Positions 37,601 to 50,390 of a stretch of DNA of 64,000 nucleotides are shown piece after piece. Each line of letters begins with the position of its first letter. Positions within the stretch are counted from its first letter, which is position 1. This DNA is from Pecten maximus (lineage: Eukaryota), in contig NC_047016.1 of NCBI RefSeq assembly GCF_902652985.1, positions 28,086,001-28,150,000 on the forward strand, written 5' to 3'. The translations under genes and the position numbers were made by a program. The notes beneath the pieces are model-generated. The model was not told the DNA's origin and made no database searches. It saw nothing but the letters and a program-made list of their open reading frames with translations.

Positions 37601-38056
37601 CAATTAAGTGACAATTTTCTGGAGATATACTTAGTAACTACAGGAAGTTAAAAAATTGCTACTTACATTGGAGTCTCTCTCTATAACCGTCACACTTATT
37701 GCTTTTCGGCTTTGCTTCCTGATCCAAAATGCGGCAGCTGAACCCACGAGTCCCCCTCCAATAATAGCTATATCCGTTTGCCCAGGAACAAAATTATAAT
37801 CCGATTCGCTGCCTTTACTCATTGTTAACAGAGATTTTCTTACACGTCTACCATGTGCGGGATGAAGTTCAGACTCATTTTCGTTTTTTGGAGATTGACT
37901 TTGTTTTGAGTTCCTTTTTGCTGTGGTATCTGTTTCAGTATCTTCTTTATTACTACCCATATAACGTGACATCTGTGACCAGAACTGTGAGCAACATACC
38001 CTCTGTCTTCTTATCACACCGTCAGTGACTTTCTTGAAGATTATGGTCGACATCAT
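21760..38056 (-). CDS. FOXRED1: FAD-dependent oxidoreductase domain-containing protein 1 (mitochondrial complex I assembly factor); exons 38056-37667, 37003-36875, 34369-34270, 33248-33154, 31750-31611, 30751-30606, 26209-26074, 25254-25150, 22005-21760 (~495 aa if one 1-bp deletion in exon 2 is corrected)
   Basis: All introns GT-AG; phases consistent except for one missing base in exon 2. Motifs: [11 protein letters not shown] (FAD GxGxxG), VIERDSN|[88 protein letters not shown] - colinear with FOXRED1 as I recall it. Confidence 0.93.
22045..22240. mobile_element. Degenerate palindromic (fold-back) element end
   Basis: Imperfect hairpin: aaatattgcatg...gggagtttatg...atgtatatggacc / ggtccatatacat...cataaactccc...catgcaatattt. 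Confidence 0.5.
22991..24045 (+). mobile_element. Non-autonomous Helitron/Helentron-type element with ~169-bp tandem core repeats
   Basis: About 5 cores (gttgcc anchors at 23106, 23275, 23441, 23612, 23781), a (GACG/GGAC)n microsatellite at ~23905-23940, and a duplicated 3' hairpin cccc(c)taacttcgttgcgggggtat. A related 5' end stub lies at ~32518. Confidence 0.75.
25379..25960 (+). mobile_element. Degenerate Helitron-type non-autonomous element
   Basis: 5' aacaagagatcccagagggatc, about 2 decayed ~170-bp cores (caagatggcc at 25580 and 25730) and a (GACA)-like tract at ~25885; a related reverse remnant lies at ~14170-14480. Confidence 0.45.
26641..30298 (+). mobile_element. Near-intact CR1-group non-LTR retrotransposon in a FOXRED1 intron (antisense to the gene)
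   Basis: 14-bp TSD taataaagtctgcc at 26627-26640 and 30299-30312; long APE+RT reading frame; 3' end aataaaatatgtttaaag. Confidence 0.93.
26683..30115 (+). CDS. LINE polyprotein: 2A-like motif + APE endonuclease + reverse transcriptase + C-terminal Cys/His motif; split by a +1 A in the A7 run at 27961-27967
   Basis: APE motifs HLNVRS, CLTETHL, AGGG, YRP, GDLN, LDPI, SDH; RT motifs [38 protein letters not shown]; CSCG...HFLFEC. Removing one A gives [15 protein letters not shown]...KSYWRLIK continuous into the 28214-30115 frame (~1143 aa). Confidence 0.9.
31057..31628. repeat. 62-64-bp minisatellite (~9 copies) overlapping the donor of FOXRED1 exon 31750-31611
   Basis: Unit agttaacctaagggtactatgtaagtaactccttacaatggttagtgatatacctggagtcc at 31057, 31119, 31181, 31243 and onward. 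Confidence 0.95.
34467..34800 (+). mobile_element. Degenerate Helitron-type non-autonomous element
   Basis: aacaagag 5' start, aaggtcaa/gtcaaggtca-type core, 3' hairpin tagctccactggac...ccagtgagcta. Confidence 0.4.
35101..36395 (+). mobile_element. Helentron-type non-autonomous element carrying a 158-bp satellite array
   Basis: 5' aacaagaggcccagagggcc...gctcacctgg; cores spaced 158 bp apart (35492, 35650, 35808, 35966, 36124); (GACG)n tract at 36306-36345; 3' hairpin agctcacc...ccaggtgagct complementary to the 5' subterminal repeat. Confidence 0.85.
36562..36623 (-). pseudogene. Decayed partial copy of FOXRED1 exon 2 (3' part)
   Basis: acatcagacttcatcataatatacaccagcatcttggtattctag vs exon acctcagatttcatcagaaatatacaccagcatctcggcattctag; donor GT lost. 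Confidence 0.75.
37228..37568. repeat. 42-bp minisatellite (~7-8 copies)
   Basis: Unit cagtatcatattgtcagcacagtgcccttattaggtctaata. Confidence 0.93.
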
Positions 38057-39190
38057 CTTGAGGAAAATGAAACACAATTGTCAAATCAACATTGAATTCA
38101 CTTATATCAAATCTTTTCTTCGACTAAAATTTACTATATATATTTTTTTTGACATGAAGTTAGTCATCATTAACTTAACTGAGTCTCTGATTTTATAACT
38201 TAAACTGATTTATAAGAAGCCTGTCACCACAAAGTGTGGTACAGTTACTGTAGGTATGAAAATCCAAACCTATATAGATATATATATACATGTACAATGT
38301 ATATATATATATTGATCTAATAGTAAGACTTTACTTTTTCTGTTGTAGATCCTCTGTGTCTTTGAGTTTGGTATTGTTCGTGGATACATGTATGCAACCC
38401 TCTACTCCAGCAATGTTAGAGGTTCAACACAGTGAAAACTTCTGACAGGAGACAACAAAAAAACGTCAGATAATAATCAGCTGACCAGTGGCCTATTATG
38501 TTATAGGAACAGCAACCCTCCTACATGGGGCTTGTATGCATCATGATCATACATGTTTATTATATGTAGCCTGCATAAGTTTCCTCTGACCCTAACACCA
38601 TACTTAGACATTCTGGACAAACATGTCTTGAGTAGGGCTCCTACATCTATATAGCTATATTTGTATCTGCCAGGATCGGGACAGAGAAAATTCAAGACCT
38701 GCCCCAGGATTTTTTTTTTATTTCATTTAATAGTAGCTACCTGCATTTACATGAATAAAAAAGTATAGGTCAGAGATACTGTCATGATCATCGATGAAGT
38801 GCATTGCGATTTATTCAAGGTGTGTACATTTTACCTTTTAATTTGTTTAATTTATATTTCACACAGTACAGTAGGCCTACAATAACCTGAACGTACAATA
38901 AAATGTACACCCTGTTGCTTAGCTGCCATAACATAGTTCTGGGCGACGGACTGACAATTTCTGAATGATATATTCGTTCTACCTGCTGCCCGAGTTTCCT
39001 CTAACCCTGATACCATGTCTGATGTCGTGGTCAGACGAAACTCGAGCTAACTGGTCTGCTACCCCTATATTTATTATCTGACGTTATTGTATCGACTGTC
39101 AATCATTTGCTGGAGTCTAAGGCTTAACCAGATACTGTACGTATTGGAAGAACTTTGCTCAGAAGCGAGCTAATTTCCATTATTTAAATA

Positions 39191-39205
39191 CAGTGGCGTA
39201 GGAAG

Positions 39206-39261
<56 letters not shown>

Positions 39262-40350
39262 ATTGCCCCCCCACTTTTTTCAGTGGGGGGGCAAACATAT
39301 CTTTTTGCCCCCCCACTTTTTGACATCCAAAATCTAAAAAAGGGGAAAAAACACGAATTTATATATTCATTTCGATAAATATCTGTATATTTTCGAACCG
39401 ATAATGTTTTCTTGAAGGCAACGATAAAAACTATCTTGTACATCCGGAACATTCCGACTTTTATACTAGTATATCAATCCTCAGACCTGTGTGTCGGTCG
39501 TCTGCAATAGCCTGGTAAGTCAATATTTATATCTTAATACGAAATTTTGCTTAACTTCATCACATAGATTCAATAAGTTGATGATAATTTGTGAAGTTAA
39601 TTGAGTTCATAATGAGAACAAGACAGAAACACAACATGAATAAGAATGCGCAGTTTTAACGTGAATAGAGTGATACTAATTACAGACAGGTACGAGGAAA
39701 TACAAAAAAAAATTCGGCTCGCGCCTACGGCACTCGCTTTATCACTAACTTACTGCCCCCCCCCCCCTTTCGATTGCAGATCCACAGGGGGCTTCGCCAC
39801 CCTGGGACCCGCTGGACGGCCCCCAGACCTCTCGCAAAAAGGGAAAAAAATTGGCTCGCGCCTTAGACGCTCGCATGATCACTTAATTACTGGACCCCCC
39901 TTTCGAAAACTCCTTGATCTGCGCCCGATCCCAAATTATTGGAAATGTGCTATATTCATTTTCCACGGAGGGCTTAGACCCCCTTGAACCCCCTATCAGG
40001 GCGCTGCCCTGGACCCGCTGGGCGGCCCCTCAGACCCTTCGTTAAAAAAAATAAATAAATAAATCGGCTCGCGCCTACGCCGCTCGCATTATTACTAAAT
40101 TACTGGACCATCCGCCCTTTCGAAATTCCTGGCCGGGCATGGTGATTCATGTTTTGCCATAAATAATATATCCTGATTTGCGTAAATAACTTATTTTGTA
40201 CTACATAAATTATCAAAATTATCATGGGATGTTGAAATGATAATTATTGCCTAATTTTGCGGAGATGGCATACGATTTGTTTAGTGCGTAAAATTTAAGG
40301 TTAAAAAAAATTTGCCCCCCCCCACTTTTTGACGACTTCCTACGCCACTG
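39191..40350. mobile_element. Non-autonomous DNA transposon, hAT-like termini with apparent 5-bp TSD
   Basis: 15-bp perfect TIRs cagtggcgtaggaag / cttcctacgccactg; aaata on both flanks (39186-39190, 40351-40355); internal G/C runs and repeated ggctcgcgcct blocks. Confidence 0.8.
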
Positions 40351-41806
40351 AAATAGATACAGAAAAAGTATTTACCGACCACAAGGGCATGCCCTAGCTG
40401 CGATAACGTAGCCTTGAACGACGGACGGACAATTTCTGACAGATGGTCGTCGTCAGAGAAGCAGTGCACGTAGGCAGGGTATGAATATTCGTTCTAGTTT
40501 GTGACTGTGTTCAAGTGTGTGTACGTTACCCTTCAGTTATAATAACTGATAATGATCAAATGAGATAAGCGTGCTAGCACTGCAGTGACAACGCAATTAG
40601 ATTGTAGCATTGTTCTCAGTTAATTTTTAAATACCTATTTTATGTTTAATTCTGATCACCAATTGATGTTGACAGTTAATCCCTCTCGTCTGTGGCTTCT
40701 TCAGCTGTTCTTAGGTGAAGGCGGCCATTACAGTAAGGGACGTTACTCTGTTTTACTTCTCAGCGCCCAGCTCTTATTTCATTTGCAGTACTGTTTATTT
40801 TTTCATCATTTATAGATTAAACACTAAACTTTGAGCCAAAAAATCAATACCCATAATAATGTACAACATGCATTGTATGTTAAAGAGTTTTGGTCATTTT
40901 ACTTTTCACGAAGAGAAGAACTCAAATGTAGACCTATGGGAATATTTTATAATACAAAAAAAACCTACTAAAATTCCAGTTGGCTAGTCTACAGTCTGTA
41001 CACTGTAGCTATAAGGCCTTAAATTATCGACGGTTTCCGTATATTGTTCACAGAAACCACTTTTGTTATAAAGGTCGAAAACACATGAAAAATAGACTTG
41101 GTTACCATCGTAGCCGATGCAAAGTTTTTAACAAGGAGCACACAAAATATAGATTGTTCGTGTTTTTTATGCCTTAAGCAATCTGCCACATCCACTAAAA
41201 TCTCTGGGGGGTTTCTGTTAAAAAACAACAAAATAACAAAAGAAATAACAAAAGACAAACCAGTCCCTGAACAAACATATCCACATAAATTGATAGCACA
41301 ATCGGCATTTTAAAAATCTGATATGGGCCGACCATTACACTTTAATAAGCTGAAAATCTTCGTGATGTATCGTAAAACAAATAACAAACGCAAACCAGTC
41401 ACTCAAAGTTTACTGAAATATGATATGTTTACTCAATAAATCATCCTCCCTAAGAAGAGAGAAGAAAACACAGCGACATATTAATTACAGATCTTTTGCC
41501 AATTTGACAGTAAACTATAGTTGTTATTAAGTCAGTTGGAGAAACGAATAATGAATATCTTACATGTGCGTACATTTTTTTTTAAATCTAAGACCGTTTT
41601 AACACCTAAATGCAGCAAACCAGATTTGGTTGAAGTTACACTGAAACTTTTCGAGAGAATTATTGCCAATCCCACAGGATAACAGAGGAAATGGGATTAA
41701 ATGTTATTTAAAACGGTTTGCCATATGCACATGATTTTTTGCATCAATTGAGATTAAAATGGATGTGCATGATGATATATATGGCAAGCCAAGTTGTCAT
41801 TTATCC

Positions 41807-41860
41807 TAGCCCGAGTTTCCTCTGGCCCTGACACCAGATGGTGGAGGAAACTCGGGCTAC
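41807..41860. mobile_element. Very short MITE/hairpin (tagcccgagtttcctc...gaggaaactcgggcta); related copy at ~38987-39049
   Basis: 16-bp inverted repeat seen directly; two related copies in the window. Confidence 0.5.
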
Positions 41861-41874
41861 ATTTATCCATGCCG

Positions 41875-42285
41875 AGCAATGTTGATCCAGTATTAAACAC
41901 AATTATATAAGATATTTTACAAAGTGTGTAAAATATCTTAGATGTTTAAAAGATATGTTATTTAAAGTTAATGAGATATCTGATATCTTTTATTTTATAA
42001 TTAACTCATAAACTTTTCTTTACATCTTATCATGTAAGATATCTTATACATGTATATCAGATATCTTATAAACTTTATAAAATATATAATATATCTTATA
42101 TCATATATCTAATATGCTAGATATCTTATATAAAGAAAGTATGTAAGATATCCTATAAAGTATATACGATATCTCATTTATTATAAAAGATATATTATAT
42201 ATTTTAATAATATCTTATAAAGTGTATCTCATAAAGTATATAAAACATCTCATATAATTTGGTTAATGACTGGATCAGCATTGCT
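41875..42285. mobile_element. AT-rich palindromic MITE
   Basis: TIRs agcaatgttgatccagt...aattatataagat / atctcatataatt...actggatcagcattgct; interior built of agatatct-type palindromes. Confidence 0.7.
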
Positions 42286-42949
42286 TATGAATGATGATAA
42301 CTTGGCTTGTCATATGGATCTTCCAAAGGACAGCATGCGACGAAGTTATTTTCTGTTATGGTGGACGTCGTGTTTCGTTTGTTGGACAGAGCTGTGTAGA
42401 TGAGGACGGTGCCTGTGATTCTGACGAAGATAGACCGTATTTTGTTGTTCTGTTGATGATTTGTTAAATTGGGTTTAAGTTGATTGTTGTTGCTCTTCAG
42501 AGGGCGTCTATCTCCTTCAGAATTTCGGACACAATCACTATCATTGCTGGTATGTTTTGTTTTTCGATAACGAGGACATTGCACTACTTCCGCACCCACG
42601 GCCACAGTCCACAGTAGGTATATGGATTATATGTCTCCGTGGTACTGCTGTGGTATATTTGTATAGTTTAAGAGTTAACGGTATATTTTGTCTTTAACAC
42701 CATTCTTTTTATTTGTCACCTATATTAGACTGCTTTTATATTGAATAAATGAATTGACGACCATTCAAGCAAATGTATCAGGAAATTATAAATATTCTGG
42801 TGTCTATTTTATCTATTTTGCCCTTCTTTTTTACGCTTATCGACAGGAAGAGCGTCCTTATATAAATATCGTCTTAATGATTGGTGTCAGACTATCAAAG
42901 TCCTGAAACGATGCCTAATGGTAGTTACTACTTCTCCTTATCATTTTTG

Positions 42950-43235
42950 AAGTGGGACGACTGGTTCCCATGTTGTCACTATAATCTAGGTCCGAATGGT
43001 TCTGACGATCCCTACGCTTAAATATTCTGCTAATGGCGGATCCCTGCTCCTAGCAGTTTATCGAAGCGGCTAGGTAGAATCATTCGGACTAATTTTGGCC
43101 GGGTGCGATGTCCTACTGGGTGTCTTCAGCAGTAAGCTTCGGTGAGGTACCACTTAAAGTCGGCCTCAGTTCCACAATATCACAAGGAGACGAGCATGAT
43201 CATTACTGCAGTCCCCCAAAGCCTTCTTCAAAAGG
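42950..43235 (+). mobile_element. Degenerate SINE (Meta/Deu-core-like)
   Basis: ggtgtcttcagcagtaagcttcggtgaggtaccact...tatcacaaggagac resembles mollusc SINE core sequence from memory; no clean A/B boxes or TSD. Confidence 0.3.
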
Positions 43236-44250
43236 ATGAGCATTCAAGGTCAAGAGTGAGACTGTATCGTTAGTCACGAGAGAAATTATCAACAACGCCA
43301 TCTTTTCAATGTGTATAAAAGGGCTTTAAGGTAGTCGCATGTTTGTAATGTTTTTACTTTAAATGTCCATCCTGTCTAAAAGACCATTTTACCATGGCCA
43401 ATAACATGTAGATTGTAATACAAAATTCATTTCATAGTTCAAAAAGTCAAAGGCTGTATCCAGAAATATATTTCATTTAAACGGGGTCGAAGGTAAGCTT
43501 GGAGATCTCTTCCCGTCGATATTCAAATCAGTCTCTCAAAGTATACAGTTTTAAGGATAATTCAAAGCGGTATCTTAGTGAAACATGACTTGGAATATAC
43601 ACAATAGAATGTATTACTATTTTTACAAAATAAATAACTTAATTGATATTTATAAAATCCTCAAGGCCATCAGTGGAAATAAGTCTTTAGATTTCCACGA
43701 ACTATCCTTGGCTACATGTCGTATACGTACGTGAGTTTATAACATTGTGTTATTTTACATTTCTTTTAAATTAAGATTAATTTTGTTTTTTCTTAAACAT
43801 TTTATAATCAAATTTGAATTTGTCTACTATACGTGTTGTTTGTGAATGCATGCATGAATATAATTACTAGAAAACGATGTAGTTGTATGATGCTGACGTT
43901 TTATATATAACTAAATTTGATTGTACAATACAGCACCATGAATACAACTCGGATTAACACGGATTAAGTTTGATATTATCAATATTGAAACAAAGAATAA
44001 CTAGAAAACTTTCTGATATATTTGAAAACATTTTTTTGCTGCGATTTCTCTATCCTCAAATACAGGTTTATAGCGGGAAACCGCTGCTTAAGACTTATCA
44101 TGAACTTTCTTTAACAAGAAACAGGTTTATAGACTCGGTCCACTTTCATGCCTTTATATAAAATATATCGTACAACCACAATAAAACTAAGAACAAATGT
44201 TAGGGATGTGCTAATTGTAATGAAGATCAAAATAACACATAACGAATTCG

Positions 44251-47200
44251 TCAGCGGCCCAGCTGATTGTCGATTGCCAGACTGCCGTCAACACACGTGT
44301 TAGTAATGGGATCAAAAAAGTCCAGTCCGTTGTTGGTACAGGACTGCAAGTACATATGGCCCGTCAAATCACATTGGATATAGTGATGGCGATCACCAAG
44401 CACAGGGAAAAACAGTTTCGCGTGGCTGATGTGGTCCGCGTCACAGGGTGTAGTGAACAGGGGACATTGGCTACAGAAGGGATACGCCCCGTTGATTGAC
44501 GGCGTGTTAACCACCGGAAGTCCTATGGTTGGAGGCGCTGTCACAATGCCAGAAGGGTTGGTGACTGAATTTCCATTACAAGTTCCGGGGGCTGGTGTAT
44601 TAGGCACGAATGAGTTTGGATTTACGCATGACTGTGATGACTGCTGGAAGTAGAAATTTGGCGGATTGCATTGGCGTGTGAACGACTCATGCCAGAGATC
44701 ACACTGGATGTACTTCGTCGGGTCACATGGGTATGTGTACAGTAACGGGCCATCAGGAGCTCTAAGATGACAAGGGTTAGCAATATTGGAGGGCACGATA
44801 CAGGTCAACTCATGCTGGTCCCATTCCTCTCCTGTGGGACACGGTCGTACCCACGCCTTCCCCCACACGTCGCAGTGGATAAACTTGGTTACGTCGGACG
44901 GATAAGTGAAGAAAAACTTGTTCGCCAAGATTGCTTCTACTGAACAGGGATTTCCTATGGCGTGGGCGAGCGGGGTTCCTAATACGACGCAGGGTGTATC
45001 AGCACCAACACACTGCTTACAGGCATCATAGTAGGACTCGTTCTGGGGGCATTGTACCACATACAGCTTACCCTGGTTATCACACTCCAAGTATTTGGTA
45101 TGATCATCCGGATGTGGAAATTTGGTGATTCCAGCTAGAAGTGTTTCCTTGGTGCAGATATTGCCATAACCCCAATGTTCTGCAAATACAGAAATTGAAT
45201 GAAACTTTCAGACACATACTAAACATATTATTTCAATCAAGGTATTCAGAACATGAAAATGGTGGTGCTGTCTGTGAGCCATCTTCACTAGCCAAGGCCT
45301 CTGATTACGTTACACTCCATGAACGTTCGAGGAGTGTAACGTAATCAAAAGCCTTGGCTAGCGAAGATGTTTGTGAGCTTGCTCTTGCCTTCTTAATTAC
45401 TACACTGCAATACGTGTTAAATAATGCTCATAAAAATGTATTTGTCGCGACTACAGTATTGATGTCTGGGGGTGTAGCAGATCGTACATCAATCAATTAT
45501 CAAAATGATAACCAACCCTGTCTTATGATCTAGTCCTTTGTACTGCTATGTATCTTACCTTTACAGTCGTCTGGACACTTGATCTGTACGCCGTTCTGGT
45601 AGCATTTGATTTCTGTAAGAGAAAATCATCATAAGGATTCAAACAAACGAAGTTTTATTATTTGAATCATGAATAGGAACAACAGTCTTTCGACCAGAGT
45701 GTATATGATCGCAGGCTTCATACAGCAGTTAACACAGCTCTTTCTTGTTCTTTAAATAACACACTGCTGAGACCGTTGGTAAAATCAATCATGTCAAATG
45801 TATTCATGTTTATCGTTTACTTTCTTTCAAAAAACATCTATAGGACTTTAATAAAGATGCTTCATCTCTGAAAAACAGTAACTATGATAGATAGAAAACA
45901 AGGGCCGTTATATACATGTATTTATATACAAATCCAAAAGTTACAATGTAATTTACGCAATTATCACCCTCCAAACGTTTTCATCTTCTTTTTATTATCT
46001 TTAGAATTTAAAATGGAAAATCTCCAAAGAAATTCCATCGTACGTTTATGCATTTCTGTTTTGTATGATCCTTCTGGTTTCGTAGGAGATCATTTTAAGA
46101 CTATTTTATTCTACTTTCTTGGTGTTCACTAGATAAATGCGTTTTTATGAGACATTGCGTATATGTTGTCGGTCGGCGATCTCTATGCGGCGAATTAGAT
46201 AATACAGATGATAATTTATGTAATTACCATGGTCACGATGATCCCCATTGTAGGGCGTTACGTTGATGGTACAGCCCCTGGTCCCATTGGTCAATTTGAG
46301 TGCATCCCCTAAACCCATGAAAAGAGTCTGGGTGGTGGTAGTATTTCGGAACACGATTCCAAGATCAGTAGCCTCGGTTTGAGTTTGCGTTTCATAGTAT
46401 GAGTTTCCAGGGTATGGGCTCCCGAACGCCGTGAATAATGTGATTTTACCGCAGGTTACATTAGTCTGAAAATATAAGATATAACAGGTGATTACATTAT
46501 CTCTATAGAGAATAAGTAATGAAGGAATTGGATAAGTAATGGGAGAATTGAACAAGTAATGATGTATGGCTAAGGAATGGAATGGTGAACTGCATGATGG
46601 GAATGTTTAATTATTAGTTTTGATCCATTTAAAGTCTTAATTAGTAAAGAGAAACGAATAAGTAAGGATGGAATCGAATAAGTAATGGGATAAGTAATAA
46701 GTAGCGAATATGTAATGATTGAATCGAATGAGTAATGGAATAAGGAATAAGTAATCAATTTCACGGAGGTTCTCTATAGAGAATATCCAGCGAGTAACAA
46801 TTTGGTTAAAAGAATACGGTCTATAGTAAGTATCTAGCGAATGATAAAAGGGGATAAACACAATCAAGGGAAAAACTGTAAACACTATCTGATTGAGGAG
46901 GAGAAAATACATTTCAACCAATAATAAAACACAACCTTAGTTTTGATCATATGAAGTATGATAGCTTAATATCATTTCAAAATTACCTCTACAGTAACGC
47001 CTCCTGGTGGTGTAATGACAGCAAGGGGAGGGCACTCTTCCATAACACACGTGTAGGTGTGGTTCATTTTAATATATAAGGGTGCTGCCAAATAAAGAAA
47101 AAATGCAAAATATTATTTACACAATCAAATGAAAATAATTGAACTACTGCTTAGATTAGTCAGGAAGTCAAACTATGGTATGTAATTACTGACAACTGCA

Positions 47201-50200
47201 CCCGTGAAGGAATGTTTCAGTGTTTGACAGTATTATACGTTTTAGTCATATTTGCTGTCCAAGGGAAGACAAGGCGGGTCGGTAAAACTTGGTTAGCGAG
47301 GATGTGTTTTAAGTAAGACAAATACTCATTATTGCTTAAATATATCAAATACTAAATATTTGCCGCTAATAGATATATCTTTCTTATGATCTATCAATTA
47401 ATTGTCAAGTGCTGAATAGGGATGCATATTCATATTCTCTTATGTAATAGAAACATTTTTACATTAATGATGTAGTATAAGTGAAACTTAATTTTATGAA
47501 AACACATTACAAGTATACTGTATACACGATGCTTCCTCAGAGTAGAGAGGGGAGCAAAACTCATATCTAACTTAAGGACGTTGATCCGTTGGTTTTCGGT
47601 AGAGGTCATTTCTGCAATGTTTTGTGTATTTGGATTACAGTAGGGACTAGCCATGTCAACATAATGTTAAATACCTTTTACACTAAGGTATGATTATCTG
47701 TACACCTATATTCTCGTTACCTCTACATGTCTTTTCCTGAATCTCTTGTTTAAGAGCCGTCAGGTCAGTGAACCCAGACACCGTCATTACGTGTGTACAT
47801 GACGGACTTGTTGCGATGGCGTTGAGCTCGCCTTGATTGATATGGCTGCCCACACCAATTGTAAATGTGACAATGTTGTTTACATGGATGGCCTCGGCAG
47901 CGTGCAGTGTATTCAGGCGGTCATTGGAAGCGCCGTCCGTGATGACGATAAGGACCTTCACCGCATCCGTCCGGCTTCCGTGAGACACCTAAAATGGCCG
48001 TGAAGTACCATATATCCTTTTCCTCATGACCTAATTGGTACCTAATCCATTGCGTTAAGTTTTGGGATCAACTTATCTTTCTTACCTTTTTTCTTTAAAA
48101 AGCAACAACAAAAGCAAGCAAATTTGCAGTTAAATTTTTCATGTAATAAAAACTAATATAGCAAGCACATATATTTATATTGCTCAAAGAAACAGCTGGT
48201 ACTAGCCGATATGAACATGAAATTACTATAACAGGTTCTGGCCAATGCAACTTCGTTAAAGGTAAGACTAATTGGTTTGAGATCAATTTAAGCAGAGAGA
48301 TATCTATTTTTGAAGTGAGTTAGCTACCTGGAAGACCTCCGTCAATGTTTTCTTGAGAGCTTCGTCAGTTGCAGTGGTGCCACTATCAAATGGTATGTTG
48401 TCTATTGCAGTAGACACGTCGCTCTTGCTGTTGTACGTGTCCAGAAAAAACCTTGTAGTAGCATGTGTGGAGTAGGTCACCATAGCAACCCTTGTCTTGT
48501 CCGGCGAGACAGGGAAGTCGTTGATGATGTCCTGAATGAACATTTTCGATCGTAAATTATCATCGGCGGATAGACTGTTAGACTGGTCCATAACAAATGC
48601 CAAATCTATCTTCTTTGTGTTTGAACAGCCTAAGGAAGAAAGTTAACAAAAATCCTTTACTGTTCAATAAGAACAACAAGTCATAGCAAATAACAAGCAC
48701 ATTCTCAACCAATTATTTACATGTAGACAATTCCTTTGTCTTAAAAATTCAAAAGGGCATACATCCTTAAATTGAATTTAAAAAAGCCCATTATAGGTAA
48801 TATACAACGCAACGTAGACAACGCATGCATGTACATTGTATTACAGAGGAGTGTGTTAACAAAACAAATCTCCCTAGTTTACCATCTACGCATATGGTTA
48901 GCGACTATATCATATCCTCGCCGTAGAGAGCACTTGCCATCCATTCAATAATCACTATCAATTACACGTGATACAAAATGCCGAGTTACAATGAAGAATA
49001 TTCATTGGTTTATTTATTACGTTAAACTTTAGTTACTTTAATTTAAAAAAATCGGCAGATGGCTATTAGTAACATTTGGAAAAATAGTGAACATTTACAC
49101 TGATCATTGACAAAAAACAGCACGTGTCTATAAATTCACACAAAAAAACAATCTATACTGAATTATACCTACCTTGGGCAAGTATTTCTGCAAGATTGGT
49201 GAAATTGTTTCCACCCATACTAAGGAAATTATTGGCAAAGAACTGGCCCTGGTCCTCGATCCGCCATCCCACGCCTCCATGTATCTTTGTGAAGAGAGCG
49301 GCGGCTATCCCCGAGTACAGTGGCTTCCTAAGATCATTCCAATTTACCTCGCCCCAGTCTATATTGAACTTCTGCACAAGCATGTCATATTCGTGGAGTA
49401 GTTGATTGTTGTATTTCGTTTCCAGGAACTTGGGAAGGCTTAACTAATAATGAAAAGGTTGAGGAACATTAAAAGTGAACCTGGTCTGTCAAAAGAGTTA
49501 TTAAGTTGTATTTAGTTACATGTATATAATATTGACAGTTATTATATTTAAATGGATACTACAGTGTTAGTACTATTTATATGACGTAACAAAGACATTT
49601 TTATGTAAGCTGTTGTCAAACCAGTTACATTTAACATAAATCCTTAAAATTAGCAATTGATAGGTTACTGATAATGTCCATATAGGGATTGAATGGGTTA
49701 ATTTGTCATTTTCATTGCGGCTATGAATAGCAATAGCTTTACAGTTTCCAGTCTTTTTTTATTTTTGCTTTTTGCTTTTTATTCAAATAATGTCAAATAC
49801 AATAATTCGTGTTAAATTATATCTATTTTATGTGAATAGCAAAGAGAACGAAAACCATGTTTTCATGCTGTATTCATTGTGTGTTCATGGTCAAATGTTT
49901 GCTGTTTCAATTTGGTAACTTCATACAAAGAATGAACACTCAGAATATAAATATATTTAAGTAGTAACATTAATTTTCCGCTTTTTGTGCTGAAAGCCTT
50001 CCGCTTGATAATGAATGCGCTAATGGCACTAATACAGGTATGCATCATTGTGCTAATCTGTTTTAACCCAATTATAGAATAAAATTTGATTGTACAAAAA
50101 TATACAAACTACAGTATATGATTCTTTCATTTAATACTTACCTGCCATATACCTCCATCAAAACCAGGGCGGTACGTCTTCGGGTCGGTTCCGTCGTAAG

Positions 50201-50390
50201 ATTGGACGTACGCCAGACGCCGTAAGAAGCCTTTGTCGTCGGCAAACAGGCACGACTCTCGAATCCTGGAAACAACTGCTTCGACCACATTCGCACCATT
50301 ACCCCCGGGTTGCATCGTCTGATCCAACCCCAGGGTACCTACTATCACACCAGCACAGAAAATAGACACACACACTGCTATAGTATTCAT
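44251..50390 (-). CDS. Secreted multidomain protein, paralog A: signal peptide + lysozyme/SLT-like domain (Gln at putative catalytic site) + VWA + beta-rich domain + 4 chitin-binding type-2-like repeats; exons 50390-50142, 49443-49173, 48629-48328, 47988-47721, 47084-46987, 46465-46228, 45612-45559, 45179-44251 (~802 aa)
   Basis: All 7 introns GT-AG and phase-consistent. Hydrophobic N-terminus MNTIAVCVSIFCAGVIVGTLG; VWA DLAFVMDQSNS (DxSxS)...GTTAT...VLIVITDG...FTIGVG; four repeats of NPC-x-FPHPxDxTKYIxC-x-C-x-C in the last exon. Confidence 0.9.
45280..45369. mobile_element. Short palindromic MITE in an intron
   Basis: catcttcactagccaaggcctctgattacgttacactcc / ggagtgtaacgtaatcaaaagccttggctagcgaagatg inverted arms. 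Confidence 0.65.

Noticed and set aside
39180-39452. Poly-proline ORF
   Set aside because: Translation of a ~53-nt G homopolymer inside a non-autonomous transposon; the run length itself may be an artefact.
42285-42760. 106-aa ORF / GC-richer patch next to a MITE
   Set aside because: No recognisable motif or splice structure; cannot support a call.
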